DNA from: Polyangiales bacterium | GTDB lineage: Bacteria > Myxococcota_A > Polyangia > Polyangiales > Houyiibacteriaceae | Reading direction: 5' to 3' | Length of the DNA stretch: 25,719 bases | Assembly (NCBI GenBank): GCA_045106895.1 | Contig: JBGCFM010000071.1 | Span: forward strand, 1 to 25,719 | Shown here: piece by piece, positions 1 through 8,671 of the stretch | Layout of the letters: each line of letters begins with the position of its first letter | Position numbering within the stretch: the first letter of the stretch is position 1 | Position numbers and translations under genes: made by a program | Notes under the pieces: model-generated | Databases searched by the model: none | What the model was told of the DNA's origin: nothing | Seen by the model: the letters and a program-made list of their open reading frames with translations, nothing else

Positions 1-2
1 CG

Positions 3-551
3 ATGTGCGACGCGGTCTTCCCAGCCTGTGGCTGCGGACCGGAGTTCGCGCCGATGTCTGTGCCGCCTCAAGCGGACCCACTTCCGCCCATCGCGCCACC
101 GGACGCGGGAACCTCCGGCGGACCATCGGATGCGGGAGCACAGGCGGACTTCGCTCGCCCACGAGCCATGTGCGCCGTGGACCTTGGTGAGGGCTGCTGC
201 GGCGACTGGACGGTGGAAGTTGAAGAGTGTGGTTGTCGCACCGGCACCATCCCGATGGACGAATGTACGGACCGGAGCTTCTTGCGTTGCTACGCCGACC
301 TTGGAAGCGGTTGCTGTGGTGCGCGGGTCGCGGCGTGTGGCCTCACCGAGTGTGCCGAAGGATCCTTGAGCGAGGCAGAGTGCAGCATGCGCTCTCCGGA
401 GGGCGGCGAAGCCCCGCCCATGATCACCGAATGCGCGACGGACCTCGTCGACGCCTGCTGCGGCGACCCGGTGGAAGCCAACGCGTGCGGCAGCTGCCCC
501 ATCGGCTCGGTGCCCGTGGACACCTGCAACCCAGACGACTGCGCGATCTAG
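3..551 (+). CDS. Cys-rich repeat protein, probably secreted; C-terminal part, likely 5'-truncated by the window edge
   Basis: Frame open from the window start to TAG at 549-551. A Pro/DAG-rich linker precedes three 6-Cys modules (CAVDLGEGCCGD, CYADLGSGCCGA, CATDLVDACCGD). The ATG at 3 may be internal. Confidence 0.7.
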   Translation: MCDAVFPACGCGPEFAPMSVPPQADPLPPIAPPDAGTSGGPSDAGAQADFARPRAMCAVDLGEGCCGDWTVEVEECGCRTGTIPMDECTDRSFLRCYADLGSGCCGARVAACGLTECAEGSLSEAECSMRSPEGGEAPPMITECATDLVDACCGDPVEANACGSCPIGSVPVDTCNPDDCAI

Positions 552-570
552 GTGATTCAACCGGAAGCCC

Positions 571-1485
571 TCAGGAGGCGAGGAGCGCCTTGAGGCCATC
601 CTGAAGGGGCGTCTCCGCGCGAATACCAAGCACGCTCGCTAGAGCGCCGACCTGTGCGCAGGAGTGGACGATGTCGCCTGCGCGGGCGGGTCCGTTTGTG
701 ATGGTGCTGCGGCCGCCGGTCAGTTCCACGAGGGTCTCCGCGAGGTACTGAATCGTCACGGCATGGCCGGTACCGACGTTGAGCGGTGGCGTGCTCTGGG
801 GAGCATCGAGCCCTGCGATAATGGCGCGGGCGACATCGCCGACGTAGACGAAGTCGCGGGTGTGTTTCCCATCACCGTTGACGGTGATAGGCGCGCCGTG
901 AAGCGCACGCTTGGCAAAGACGCTGATGACGCCGGAGTAGGGGCTCGAGGGATCTTGCCGAGGCCCGTACACGTTGAAGAAGCGCAAGGGGCTTCCGCAG
1001 ACGCCGTGCTCTTGTTCGAAGAAGCGCAGCCAGTCTTCGCCGGCGAGCTTATGAATGCCGTAAGGCGAGAGCGGCGCGCAGCGGGCGGACTCCGGCGTGG
1101 GAACTTCGCTGACGTCGCCATAGACCGCCGCGGAGCTCGCGTAGACGACCTTCGCAGGTTTTGCCTGGGCCGCAGCAAAGAGCAGCACCTGCACCAGGCC
1201 ACGTGCGTTCGTGTGCATGTCTTCGAAGGGCGCCTCCACGCTTCGCGCCACGGACACCTGCGCCGCGAGGTGGACCACGCCGTCGATATTGTCGTCACGT
1301 CCATGAAGGTTCGTGATGTCTCCTTCGACGAAGCGGAACGCGCTCTTGCCCATGTGTCCCTCGACGTTCGCGTAGTCCCCGGATGAGAGGTCATCGACGA
1401 CGAGCACCTCATCGCCCCGCGCGAGGAGCGCGTCGACAACGTGAGAACCGATAAAACCCGCGCCACCCGTGACTAGAACACGCAT
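571..1485 (-). CDS. NAD-dependent epimerase/dehydratase (extended SDR, UDP-glucose 4-epimerase-like)
   Basis: N-terminal TGGAGFIGSH Rossmann motif, HLAA, SSAAVYG, catalytic YxxxK (YGIHK), RFFNVYGPRQ, RDFVYVGD. Confidence 0.95.
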   Translation of the reverse strand: MRVLVTGGAGFIGSHVVDALLARGDEVLVVDDLSSGDYANVEGHMGKSAFRFVEGDITNLHGRDDNIDGVVHLAAQVSVARSVEAPFEDMHTNARGLVQVLLFAAAQAKPAKVVYASSAAVYGDVSEVPTPESARCAPLSPYGIHKLAGEDWLRFFEQEHGVCGSPLRFFNVYGPRQDPSSPYSGVISVFAKRALHGAPITVNGDGKHTRDFVYVGDVARAIIAGLDAPQSTPPLNVGTGHAVTIQYLAETLVELTGGRSTITNGPARAGDIVHSCAQVGALASVLGIRAETPLQDGLKALLAS

Positions 1486-1497
1486 GGCGGGAGCGTA

Positions 1498-1770
1498 TCA
1501 GCGATCGCGTTTGAGGATGATGTTGATCGTTTCCGTCTTCGGGTCGAAGAGCAAGAGCGCGTCCCCGTCTTGAAGCTGCGCCCGAACCTGGCCCCGCTTG
1601 GCGTCGGCGGTGGTCTCTTGGTGGCCGTAGTCCGTGCCCTCGCGCGTGATGAACTCATCGATGACGCCGATGAGCGCGTCTTCGCTGAGCTTGTCCGGCG
1701 GGATCTCGATGCCTTGTGGGTCATCTTCCGTCTCGACGTGGCTCTCTTCTTCGCTCGTGTCTTCACTCAT
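1498..1770 (-). CDS. yheU: YheU family protein (UPF0270)
   Basis: IPPDKLSEDALIGVIDEFITREGTDYG...VRAQLQDGDALLLFDPKTETINI matches the YheU signature as I recall it. Start placed at ATG 1770, which overlaps the greB stop (ATGAGTGA), rather than 1821. Confidence 0.85.
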   Translation of the reverse strand: MSEDTSEEESHVETEDDPQGIEIPPDKLSEDALIGVIDEFITREGTDYGHQETTADAKRGQVRAQLQDGDALLLFDPKTETINIILKRDR

Positions 1771-2296
1771 CTTCGCTACCTGGCTGCGCCTCGGGTCGTT
1801 CATAGGCGATACTCGTGACAAAGACCGTCGTGTTGCCTTTGGGCCGGCGGATCAGCACCTCGTCGTCGAGGGACTTCCCAAGAAGCGCGCGTCCTACGGG
1901 GGAGTCCATCGAGATATTGTCCTCGTGAAGGTCCGTCTCGTCGGGGCCCACGATTCGAAGCCGGCGCTCTTCGCCTTCTTCGTCTTCCACCACCACCCAT
2001 GCGCCAAAGTAGACGCGCGTCGCGTCACGGGAAGCGTCGGGGAAGACCACCTCACAGGCGTCGAGGCGCTTCATCAAGAAACGAATCCGCGAGTGCATCG
2101 CTCTCAGGCGTTTCTTTCCGTAGATGTACTCCGCGTTCTCCGAACGGTCTCCTTCAGCGGCGGCGACGGCGACGGCCTGTGTCAGCTGGATTCGCTCGAC
2201 CCCCCATAGGCGCGCGAGTTCTTCGCGGTAACGAGCTTCGCCTTCCGGCGTGATGTAGTTCGACATCGGCGGACGAACTTTGCGCGTGCGGGCCAT
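1763..2296 (-). CDS. greB: Transcription elongation factor GreB
   Basis: YITPEG, AAAEGDRSENAEYIYGKKRLR, RIRFLMKRL, VYFGAWV, RIVGPDE and ISMDSPVGRALLGK are GreB-type motifs. Alternative start at 2266. Confidence 0.95.
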   Translation of the reverse strand: MARTRKVRPPMSNYITPEGEARYREELARLWGVERIQLTQAVAVAAAEGDRSENAEYIYGKKRLRAMHSRIRFLMKRLDACEVVFPDASRDATRVYFGAWVVVEDEEGEERRLRIVGPDETDLHEDNISMDSPVGRALLGKSLDDEVLIRRPKGNTTVFVTSIAYERPEAQPGSEDE

Positions 2297-2316
2297 GAAT
2301 CGGGGTCGCCGGAGAG

Positions 2317-3711
2317 CTAGTCGTCGTCCGCGACGTAGATGTAGAAGCCGCTGTCGTCCGCCTTCGGCTCGATGGGCTTGTCGCTGTCGGGGTGGACCGA
2401 CGGGCGGCTTCGCCGACCGGGCGGCGGAGGTCGCTTCGTGGAGATCGCAGACTCCTCGGTCCGCGGTGGCTTGCTCGACGCGATGTCTTGGGCCGCGGGA
2501 AACGCGATGGGCGTCGCCTTCTCCGAACGCGCCGCTCGATCACTCGGCGGAGGGGGTGGCACCGGGCGCGGTGGTGGAGGTAGAGGAGAGGGTGGTGGCG
2601 GAGCGGCGACTTCCGACGGGTCATCGAACATGCCGTCGGGAGCGAAGAGCGCGAGGTCTGCGAGGAGTTCGTCGCGTTCATCCGCGGAGAGGACGGCGCC
2701 GGACGGATCTTCCACTGCGTCGGGAATCGGAATCACAAAGTCGCGGTGGGCAGGGCTCTCTTCCGCGAGTTCGGAGTCGCCCGCTTGTACCGGAAAATAC
2801 GCCTGAACGTAGTCCGCCAAGTGGCTGGAACCGAGCTCCAGACCTTCTTCCGACGCGAGGGCTTCGAGGGCGTTCGCGACATCACCGGCGAGCTGAGGCC
2901 GGTCATTGGGGTCCGGCGAAAGGCAGAGCATGATGAGGTCGTCGAGAGCCGGCGCGAGGCTGCCGTCCACCTCGCAGGGTCGCGCCGAGGGCCCAACGGG
3001 GATGGCGTTGAGGTACTCGATGGCGACTCGCGTAAAGGCGTCTTCGCCGGTGACGAGTTCGTAGAGCAAAGCGCCGAGGGAGAATACATCCGCGCGACGG
3101 TCCGAGAGCTCGCTGGACTGAGCTGCTTCCGGTGGGAAGTAACCGACGGTTCCGCGAATGCCATAGTCACCGCCCATGCGAGAGCGGCGGTGATCGTTGC
3201 CGCCGGCGATGCCGAAGTCGAGGAGGTGAACGTGACCTCGTCCGTCGATGACGACGTTGCTTGGCGTCAGGTCTCCATGAACCACGCCAAACTCTTCGCC
3301 ACTGGCGGGGTCCACGTAGTCATGGACGGCGTCCAAGATGCGACAGAGCTCTACACCGATGCTGAGAGCGACATGGAGCGGCAAGGGCGTCCCGGCGGAG
3401 GTCTCCCGCACCAGTTCGCAGACCGTCGGTCCCGGGACGTGCTCCATCGCCATGTACCACTCGCGCCCTGAAGAGCACCGAAACTCATGGACGTGTGGAA
3501 TCCCCGGGCCGCCGAGGCGCGCTAAGAGATCCGCTTCGTTGCGGAAGTCCTCGAGGAGGCTCTTGTCGCCGGACATGTGCGGATGCAGGCGTTTGACCAC
3601 GACCTCGCGGACGAAACCGCCGTCTCCCCATTGCAGCGCAAGAAAGACATCGGCCATGCCGCCGGTGGCTAGTTTTCGAACTATTTCGTATCGGTCGATG
3701 CGGTCAGCCAT
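2317..3711 (-). CDS. Hanks-type Ser/Thr protein kinase with a Pro-rich, acidic C-terminal tail
   Basis: LATGGMADVFLA, VVVKRL, FRNEA, HGDLTPSN, DFG, GTVGYFPPE, DVFSLG. Start chosen at ATG 3711 (MADRIDRYE), which has TGcTAGGCT upstream. ATG 3801 is an alternative; 3879 overlaps the divergent gene. Confidence 0.9.
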   Translation of the reverse strand: MADRIDRYEIVRKLATGGMADVFLALQWGDGGFVREVVVKRLHPHMSGDKSLLEDFRNEADLLARLGGPGIPHVHEFRCSSGREWYMAMEHVPGPTVCELVRETSAGTPLPLHVALSIGVELCRILDAVHDYVDPASGEEFGVVHGDLTPSNVVIDGRGHVHLLDFGIAGGNDHRRSRMGGDYGIRGTVGYFPPEAAQSSELSDRRADVFSLGALLYELVTGEDAFTRVAIEYLNAIPVGPSARPCEVDGSLAPALDDLIMLCLSPDPNDRPQLAGDVANALEALASEEGLELGSSHLADYVQAYFPVQAGDSELAEESPAHRDFVIPIPDAVEDPSGAVLSADERDELLADLALFAPDGMFDDPSEVAAPPPPSPLPPPPRPVPPPPPSDRAARSEKATPIAFPAAQDIASSKPPRTEESAISTKRPPPPGRRSRPSVHPDSDKPIEPKADDSGFYIYVADDD

Positions 3712-3861
3712 CGCGGCTGTGGAGCCTAGCAGCCGCCAAAGGGGATCGGAAGAAGCCGATTCGGAAAGCGCCTCGATTCGCACTTTCCGCTTTTGTTCCA
3801 TGGTTGTGGGGAATAGCGCTGGAACAAGTCCTGGTTTCAAAAGCGCGCTATGCTCTCCGCC

Positions 3862-5571
3862 ATGAAAGTCTGCGGCCAATGCGGGTTGAAGTACCCAGAT
3901 GACGAGACTCGCTGTTTTGTGGACTCAACGCTGCTTGAGACCGCGGCGGATCCCTTCCTCGGCGCCACCCTCGCGGGTCGTTATCTCGTCGAGGAGGTGA
4001 TCGGCACGGGCGGTATGGCCACGGTGTATCGGGCCCGACACACCCTCGTTGATCGCCCCGTCGCTGTGAAGATCATGAGCGGCGCCCTGGCACGCGACAA
4101 GAGCCTTCGAGAACGCTTCCGGCGCGAGGCCAAGAACGCGGCGGCGCTGGCGCATCCGCACATCATCGAAATCTACGACTACGGCGAAGGCCCAGAGAAC
4201 TCTGTGTTCCTCGTGATGGAGTTGCTCAAGGGCGCTTCACTGGCCGCGCTCATGGACGAAGGCCCCATCGAACCGGCCAAGGTCGCGGCGCTGGGTCTGC
4301 AGATCGCCCAAGGGCTCGCACGCGCCCACGACTTCGACGTCATTCACCGCGACCTCAAGCCCGAGAACGTCTTCGTCTGTGACGCCGGCGCAGACCGGGT
4401 CTTGGTCAAGCTCCTCGATTTTGGCATCGCGCGTTCGATGCACGACTCCCGTCTGACCAGTCAGGGAGAGATCTTCGGGACGCCGCAATACATGGCCCCG
4501 GAGAGCATCACTTCCATCGAGGCGGGTCCCGGCGCGGACCTCTATGCCCTCGGCGTCATTCTCTTCGAGATGCTCACGGGACGTCTGCCCTTCGAGTCCA
4601 AGGAGCTCACGGGCTACTTCATCCATCACCTTCAGACGGCGCCGCCGAAACCCTCGGAGCTCATCGCTTCTTGTCCGAGGCGCATGGAAGAGCTCATCCT
4701 CAAGCTCCTCGAAAAGAAGCCCGAAGAGCGACCCGTCGATGCCCACGCGGTGATCAAGGAGCTGCAGGCGCTCGTGCCAAAGAGCGGCGTCGCGGTGGCG
4801 CCTCCTTCTCTGCGGCCAGGACCCGTGACAGCGCCGACGTTGCCGCCGACCACCGTTGAGCGCTGGGCGCGGCGTGCCGTGATCTTCGATGAAATGCTGC
4901 GTACCGCGTATCTCAACGCGCCTCCGCCGGAAGCAGCGCGGCTCCTCGATGAAGTGCGAGGCGCGCTTCAGCGGATGACGACGCTTCGAAGCAAGGGGCT
5001 TCGCGAGCAGCGGCGCATCGAAGAGCTCGAAGGCCAGGCACGCGAGAACCGCGCGCGCCTGGGACACGCGGTGCAGAGTCTCGCTGAAGACCTCTCCTCG
5101 GCCCGAGAGAACGCCCGCCAAGCCAGCGTGGAAGTGAAACCGTACCTCGACGCCGAAGAGCAAGCCGTCGCGGCCTACCACGAAGCGCACGCGGCGGTGA
5201 GCGGATACCATCTCCTCGAGGCGCCGGACGACCCTATGGCGAAGGCCCTGCGGGAGCTCGCGGACTCCATCGGCAAGTGGTCTCTGACGTTCACCGGCGC
5301 AGAGAAGGCGCGCGCTTGGATTCGCGACCGCGCGCAAGAGGTCACGGACCTAGAGTTTCAGGTGCAGGCTCTACGCTCCCAGCTTGACCGCACGGAGGCG
5401 GAGCATGACGCCAGCGTGGCGACGGTGGAGACACTTCTGGTGGAAGCGAGCAACGGCGCCGCAGGTGAAGAGCGGAACCTAATGCAGATCGGACGCCAAT
5501 TTTGCGATGCGCTTCGAGGAAACCCGGCGCTCCGCGAGCATTTTGTCCGCCTCGAGCAAGAAGGTGGCTAA
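3862..5571 (+). CDS. Hanks-type Ser/Thr protein kinase with N-terminal zinc-ribbon-like motif and C-terminal coiled coil
   Basis: MKVCGQCGLKYPDDETRCFVD, IGTGGMATVY, VAVK, HRDLKPEN, DFG, GTPQYMAPE. The E/R/A/L-rich helical C-terminus has no obvious TM segment. Start at ATG 3862, with TATGCT 7 nt upstream. Confidence 0.93.
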   Translation: MKVCGQCGLKYPDDETRCFVDSTLLETAADPFLGATLAGRYLVEEVIGTGGMATVYRARHTLVDRPVAVKIMSGALARDKSLRERFRREAKNAAALAHPHIIEIYDYGEGPENSVFLVMELLKGASLAALMDEGPIEPAKVAALGLQIAQGLARAHDFDVIHRDLKPENVFVCDAGADRVLVKLLDFGIARSMHDSRLTSQGEIFGTPQYMAPESITSIEAGPGADLYALGVILFEMLTGRLPFESKELTGYFIHHLQTAPPKPSELIASCPRRMEELILKLLEKKPEERPVDAHAVIKELQALVPKSGVAVAPPSLRPGPVTAPTLPPTTVERWARRAVIFDEMLRTAYLNAPPPEAARLLDEVRGALQRMTTLRSKGLREQRRIEELEGQARENRARLGHAVQSLAEDLSSARENARQASVEVKPYLDAEEQAVAAYHEAHAAVSGYHLLEAPDDPMAKALRELADSIGKWSLTFTGAEKARAWIRDRAQEVTDLEFQVQALRSQLDRTEAEHDASVATVETLLVEASNGAAGEERNLMQIGRQFCDALRGNPALREHFVRLEQEGG

Positions 5572-5580
5572 GCTACGCCG

Positions 5581-7185
5581 GTGAACCATGCCAACGAAGA
5601 CACCCTCGCTCGTCTAGAACGCCTGGAGGCCTGTCAGCGCCTCGGCGTCGCTGCCGACGAAGCCCTTGAGATCGCGAGTCGCGACCGCCTTGCTCTGGAG
5701 CAAACCCTCCGGACAATGCTGCCCCTCTTGGCCACACACACCGGCGCACGATGGACGTGGATCCACACCTACGACGAAGACCTCGTCGAGCGTGACTTTC
5801 ACTACGGAAACGACCTCGACTTTGATTTCTCGCAGATCATCGCGCGCACCAAAGACGGCGACCGCATCCATCGAAGCGAAGGCGGCCTCTTCATCGTCGC
5901 GCAGCCCCTCGACGTCGCGGGCGAGAACTTTGGCGCAGCCGCTCTCATCTTCGAGGAGCCCCTCGCGCCTCGCCGAGCCGCCCTCGCCGGGGACCTCCTC
6001 GACGTCTGGTGCGAGGTCCTCGACAACTACCTCGCGGCCATCGCCCAGTCTCGTCACAAAGCAAAGGTCATGCGCGAGCTGAGCGCAGCGCTTCAATCCC
6101 CCGTCCTCGAAGACGGGATCACCCAAGCCCTCGAAGTCCTCAAAGAAGCCATCCCCTTCGACGACTTGCTCCTCGCCATCCGGCACGCCAACGACCGCGC
6201 CGGCGTCAGCCTCCATTACCAGGTGATTCAGGACGGCGTCGTCACGCACAGCTCAAGCCGCCCAGACATGAACGTCGACGAGTTCATTCGTGATCACGCG
6301 ACGAAGCTCATCAAAGGAGAGAGCCGCGCCCTCATCGAACGCTTCGGCTTTGAGCGAAGTCGCGAGGAGGTATTGATCAGCGGCATGCAGAACGCGCAGG
6401 TCATCGGGCGCCTCTGCGTGACCTGCCAGAGCGGCGACTTCAACACCTACGACCGCGACATCCTTGAGCGCTTCGCCGACTACCTGCGTCAGCGCGTCGT
6501 CGACTTCAACCGCGAATGGCACAGGCTGCGGCTCACGTTTCCCCCGGTCATCGTGCGCAGGCTCCTGAACGAGGCGGACTACGAGAGCCACTTGACGCCA
6601 CGCGTCGAAGACGTCGCCATTCTTTACACAGACATCTCTGGCTTCACGCGCATCTCTGAACAGGTCCTCCGCGACCCCAAACGCATTGGCGACCTCGTCA
6701 ACGAGTGGGGCCGGCGCGTTGTGGACGTCATCTGGGAAACCGGCGGCTGCTTCGACAAAATGGTCGGCGACTGCGTCATCGGCCTCTGGGGCCCTCCCTT
6801 CAACGAGATGACGCCCAAAGAAGCGTGCTGGGGCGCCGCAGCCGCAGCCGCGCGTATCCGCGAGCTCACGGCGGAGCTCAACGACGGCAAGCTCTTTCCC
6901 GAGTTCAAAGACATGGAAACCCCCATCGGCGTCGCCACCGGCGTGAGCTACGCGCCGCTCTGCGTAGGCACCTTCGGGCCCAACGAGGACTTCACGGGTT
7001 TCTCCTCGGGCATGAACAACACGGCGCGACTTCAGGGCGTCGCCGTCCGCGACGAGATCCTCTGTTCCACGCTCTTCGTCGACGCCTTCGAAGAGAGCGG
7101 CGCCTTCGGGGAAGAGCGCTCCGCCAAGGTAAAGAACGTTGCGGACCCACTGCGTTTCCGTGCCCTCGAGCGCGGACCTGCCTGA
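5581..7185 (+). CDS. Soluble class III adenylate/guanylate cyclase with a degenerate GAF-like N-terminal region
   Basis: ILYTDISGFT (first metal-binding Asp), DKMVGDCV (Lys specifier and second Asp), FTGFSSGMNNTARLQ (NxxxR transition-state pair). The Lys/Thr pair suggests an adenylyl (class IIIb-like) enzyme. The GAF-like call is tentative. Confidence 0.9.
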   Translation: MNHANEDTLARLERLEACQRLGVAADEALEIASRDRLALEQTLRTMLPLLATHTGARWTWIHTYDEDLVERDFHYGNDLDFDFSQIIARTKDGDRIHRSEGGLFIVAQPLDVAGENFGAAALIFEEPLAPRRAALAGDLLDVWCEVLDNYLAAIAQSRHKAKVMRELSAALQSPVLEDGITQALEVLKEAIPFDDLLLAIRHANDRAGVSLHYQVIQDGVVTHSSSRPDMNVDEFIRDHATKLIKGESRALIERFGFERSREEVLISGMQNAQVIGRLCVTCQSGDFNTYDRDILERFADYLRQRVVDFNREWHRLRLTFPPVIVRRLLNEADYESHLTPRVEDVAILYTDISGFTRISEQVLRDPKRIGDLVNEWGRRVVDVIWETGGCFDKMVGDCVIGLWGPPFNEMTPKEACWGAAAAAARIRELTAELNDGKLFPEFKDMETPIGVATGVSYAPLCVGTFGPNEDFTGFSSGMNNTARLQGVAVRDEILCSTLFVDAFEESGAFGEERSAKVKNVADPLRFRALERGPA

Positions 7186-7186
7186 G

Positions 7187-7561
7187 ATGAGCGTCGACCA
7201 CGAACGCATCAAGAAGAACACCCTCCGCCAGACTTGGTTTGGTGTCTTCATCGGCATCTGCGTTGCCCTCGCCGCCGGCTACTTCGTCATGGAGAGCCAA
7301 CGCATCGTTCCGCCGCCGGTGAACAACGTGCAGACCGTCGCCTTTGAGCTGGAAGAGGGGTGCGAACTCCGCGTCGCCCTGCCCGGCGCCGAGGCGAACG
7401 TTTTGTATCGCCCCCAAAGAAACGCGATGGTCGTGGATTCGATTCCCCACGACACGGTCTTGCGTTTCGACTCCGTGCGCACGGATTGGGTCGAGGTAAC
7501 GCATCCCGTCGAGGGATGGGTATCGCGACGAGACGTGGCCACGATTTGCCCAGGCCAGTGA
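7187..7561 (+). CDS. Small membrane-anchored protein with a bacterial SH3-like domain
   Basis: ATG 1 nt after the cyclase stop. TM segment WFGVFIGICVALAAGYFVM, then ANVLYRP...DWVEVTHPVEGWVSRRDV, an SH3b-like W..GWV pattern. Confidence 0.7.
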   Translation: MSVDHERIKKNTLRQTWFGVFIGICVALAAGYFVMESQRIVPPPVNNVQTVAFELEEGCELRVALPGAEANVLYRPQRNAMVVDSIPHDTVLRFDSVRTDWVEVTHPVEGWVSRRDVATICPGQ

Positions 7562-7568
7562 GCGAGCT

Positions 7569-8270
7569 GTGAGCGCACCCGATTCAATTTGGCTTTCGGA
7601 GATCTTCTCCTCGATCCAGGGCGAAGGAATCCTCACCGGAACGCCCAGCACCTTCGTGCGTACAAGCGGATGCAACCTGCGCTGCAAGTGGTGCGACACG
7701 CGCGAAACTTCGTGGGAGCCCAAGGGCAAGCGCGTGAGCGTCGCCGAAGTGGCGCGACGCGTCGCCGGAAACGCGCTCAAGCACGTGGTCCTCACCGGCG
7801 GCGAACCGCTGCTTTCGGAGGGCGCCATGCGCCTCGGTGACCTGCTCCGCGAGAGCGGCCATCACCTCACCATCGAGACCGCGGCGAGCTTTCACCCCGA
7901 CACGTTCAATCCGAGCGCGGACCTCTTCAGCATCTCGCCGAAGCTCCGCTCCTCCACGCCCACGGACCCACGTTTCGCGCTCCTCCACGAGGAGCGACGC
8001 TGGCGTCCACGCTGGATACGCAACCTCATGGGGCGCGGCGAGTACCAGCTGAAGTTCGTCGTCGGCGAAGCCAGCGACCTCGACGAGATCGCCATCGCCG
8101 TAGACACCCTCGGCGCCGACCCCGCGCGCGTGCTCGTCATGCCCGAAGGCACGACGGTGGAGCGCATCGACGAAGTGAGCCGGTGGCTCGTCCCCGAAGC
8201 CGTGGGCCGCGGATGGCGCTTCGCGGACCGGCTGCATATCCGGCTCTTCGGCCACACCCGTGGCACTTGA
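7569..8270 (+). CDS. queE: 7-carboxy-7-deazaguanine synthase (radical SAM)
   Basis: EIFSSIQGEG, FVRTSGCNLRCKWCDT (CxxxCxxC), VVLTGGEP, IET, SISPK, LKFVV, RLH. Confidence 0.92.
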   Translation: MSAPDSIWLSEIFSSIQGEGILTGTPSTFVRTSGCNLRCKWCDTRETSWEPKGKRVSVAEVARRVAGNALKHVVLTGGEPLLSEGAMRLGDLLRESGHHLTIETAASFHPDTFNPSADLFSISPKLRSSTPTDPRFALLHEERRWRPRWIRNLMGRGEYQLKFVVGEASDLDEIAIAVDTLGADPARVLVMPEGTTVERIDEVSRWLVPEAVGRGWRFADRLHIRLFGHTRGT

Positions 8271-8324
8271 ACAGGCGCTCCTAAAACGGACACGCAAAGT
8301 GACGAAACTGAGGAGGGCCGTCCC

Positions 8325-8636
8325 TTACGCGGGCTTGGCGATGACTTGCTCTTTCGAACCGTGACGTGCGCACGTCGCACACGCTGCGCCGGCTTTGCTC
8401 TCCCAAACGTTTAGCGCCTGGCAGCCCTTGCAGGTTTTCCCGGCGCTATGCTGAGCGCCGCACCCAGTGCAGCTCCGACGCGCGCGTGTGCGCGCTTTGT
8501 TCTTAGCGAATGGCGTCAAACACACAGGGCAGTGTTTGCCGCCACGGCGTAGCTTGGTCTCCGAAGTCTTACGGTTGTCAGGAGCGCGTTTCCAAACCTC
8601 ATCCTGGTCCACGCCGAGAAGAGTAGCGCTGTTCAC
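8325..8636 (-). CDS. Small basic hypothetical protein with four CxxC motifs (putative zinc-binding)
   Basis: CPVC, CTGC, CKGC, CATC within 103 aa; K/R-rich; fills the gap between queE and the next gene. Start uncertain. Confidence 0.6.
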   Translation of the reverse strand: MNSATLLGVDQDEVWKRAPDNRKTSETKLRRGGKHCPVCLTPFAKNKARTRARRSCTGCGAQHSAGKTCKGCQALNVWESKAGAACATCARHGSKEQVIAKPA

Positions 8637-8671
8637 CGCCCCCCGGTAGCAGTGGCCAGTGGAGCGTGTCG

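Noticed and set aside
3712..3879. Longest-ORF starts from the track (3879, 3850, 1821, 7139, 9103)
   Set aside because: They overlap neighbouring genes or the putative -10 boxes. Downstream starts fit the domain boundaries and upstream motifs better.
5581..7185. Pycsar/CBASS-type anti-phage cyclase system
   Set aside because: The cyclase has Lys/Thr adenylyl-type specifiers and a sensory-type N-terminus, and no cNMP-binding, TIR or nuclease effector is adjacent.
7569..8270. 7-deazaguanine DNA-modification (dpd) island
   Set aside because: No dpdA/tgt-like or other dpd genes in the window; the context is ordinary chromosome.
8305..8330. Possible terminator hairpin between queE and the convergent CxxC gene
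   Set aside because: The stem is only about 4-5 bp (AGGG/CCCT) with no U-tract, too weak to call.
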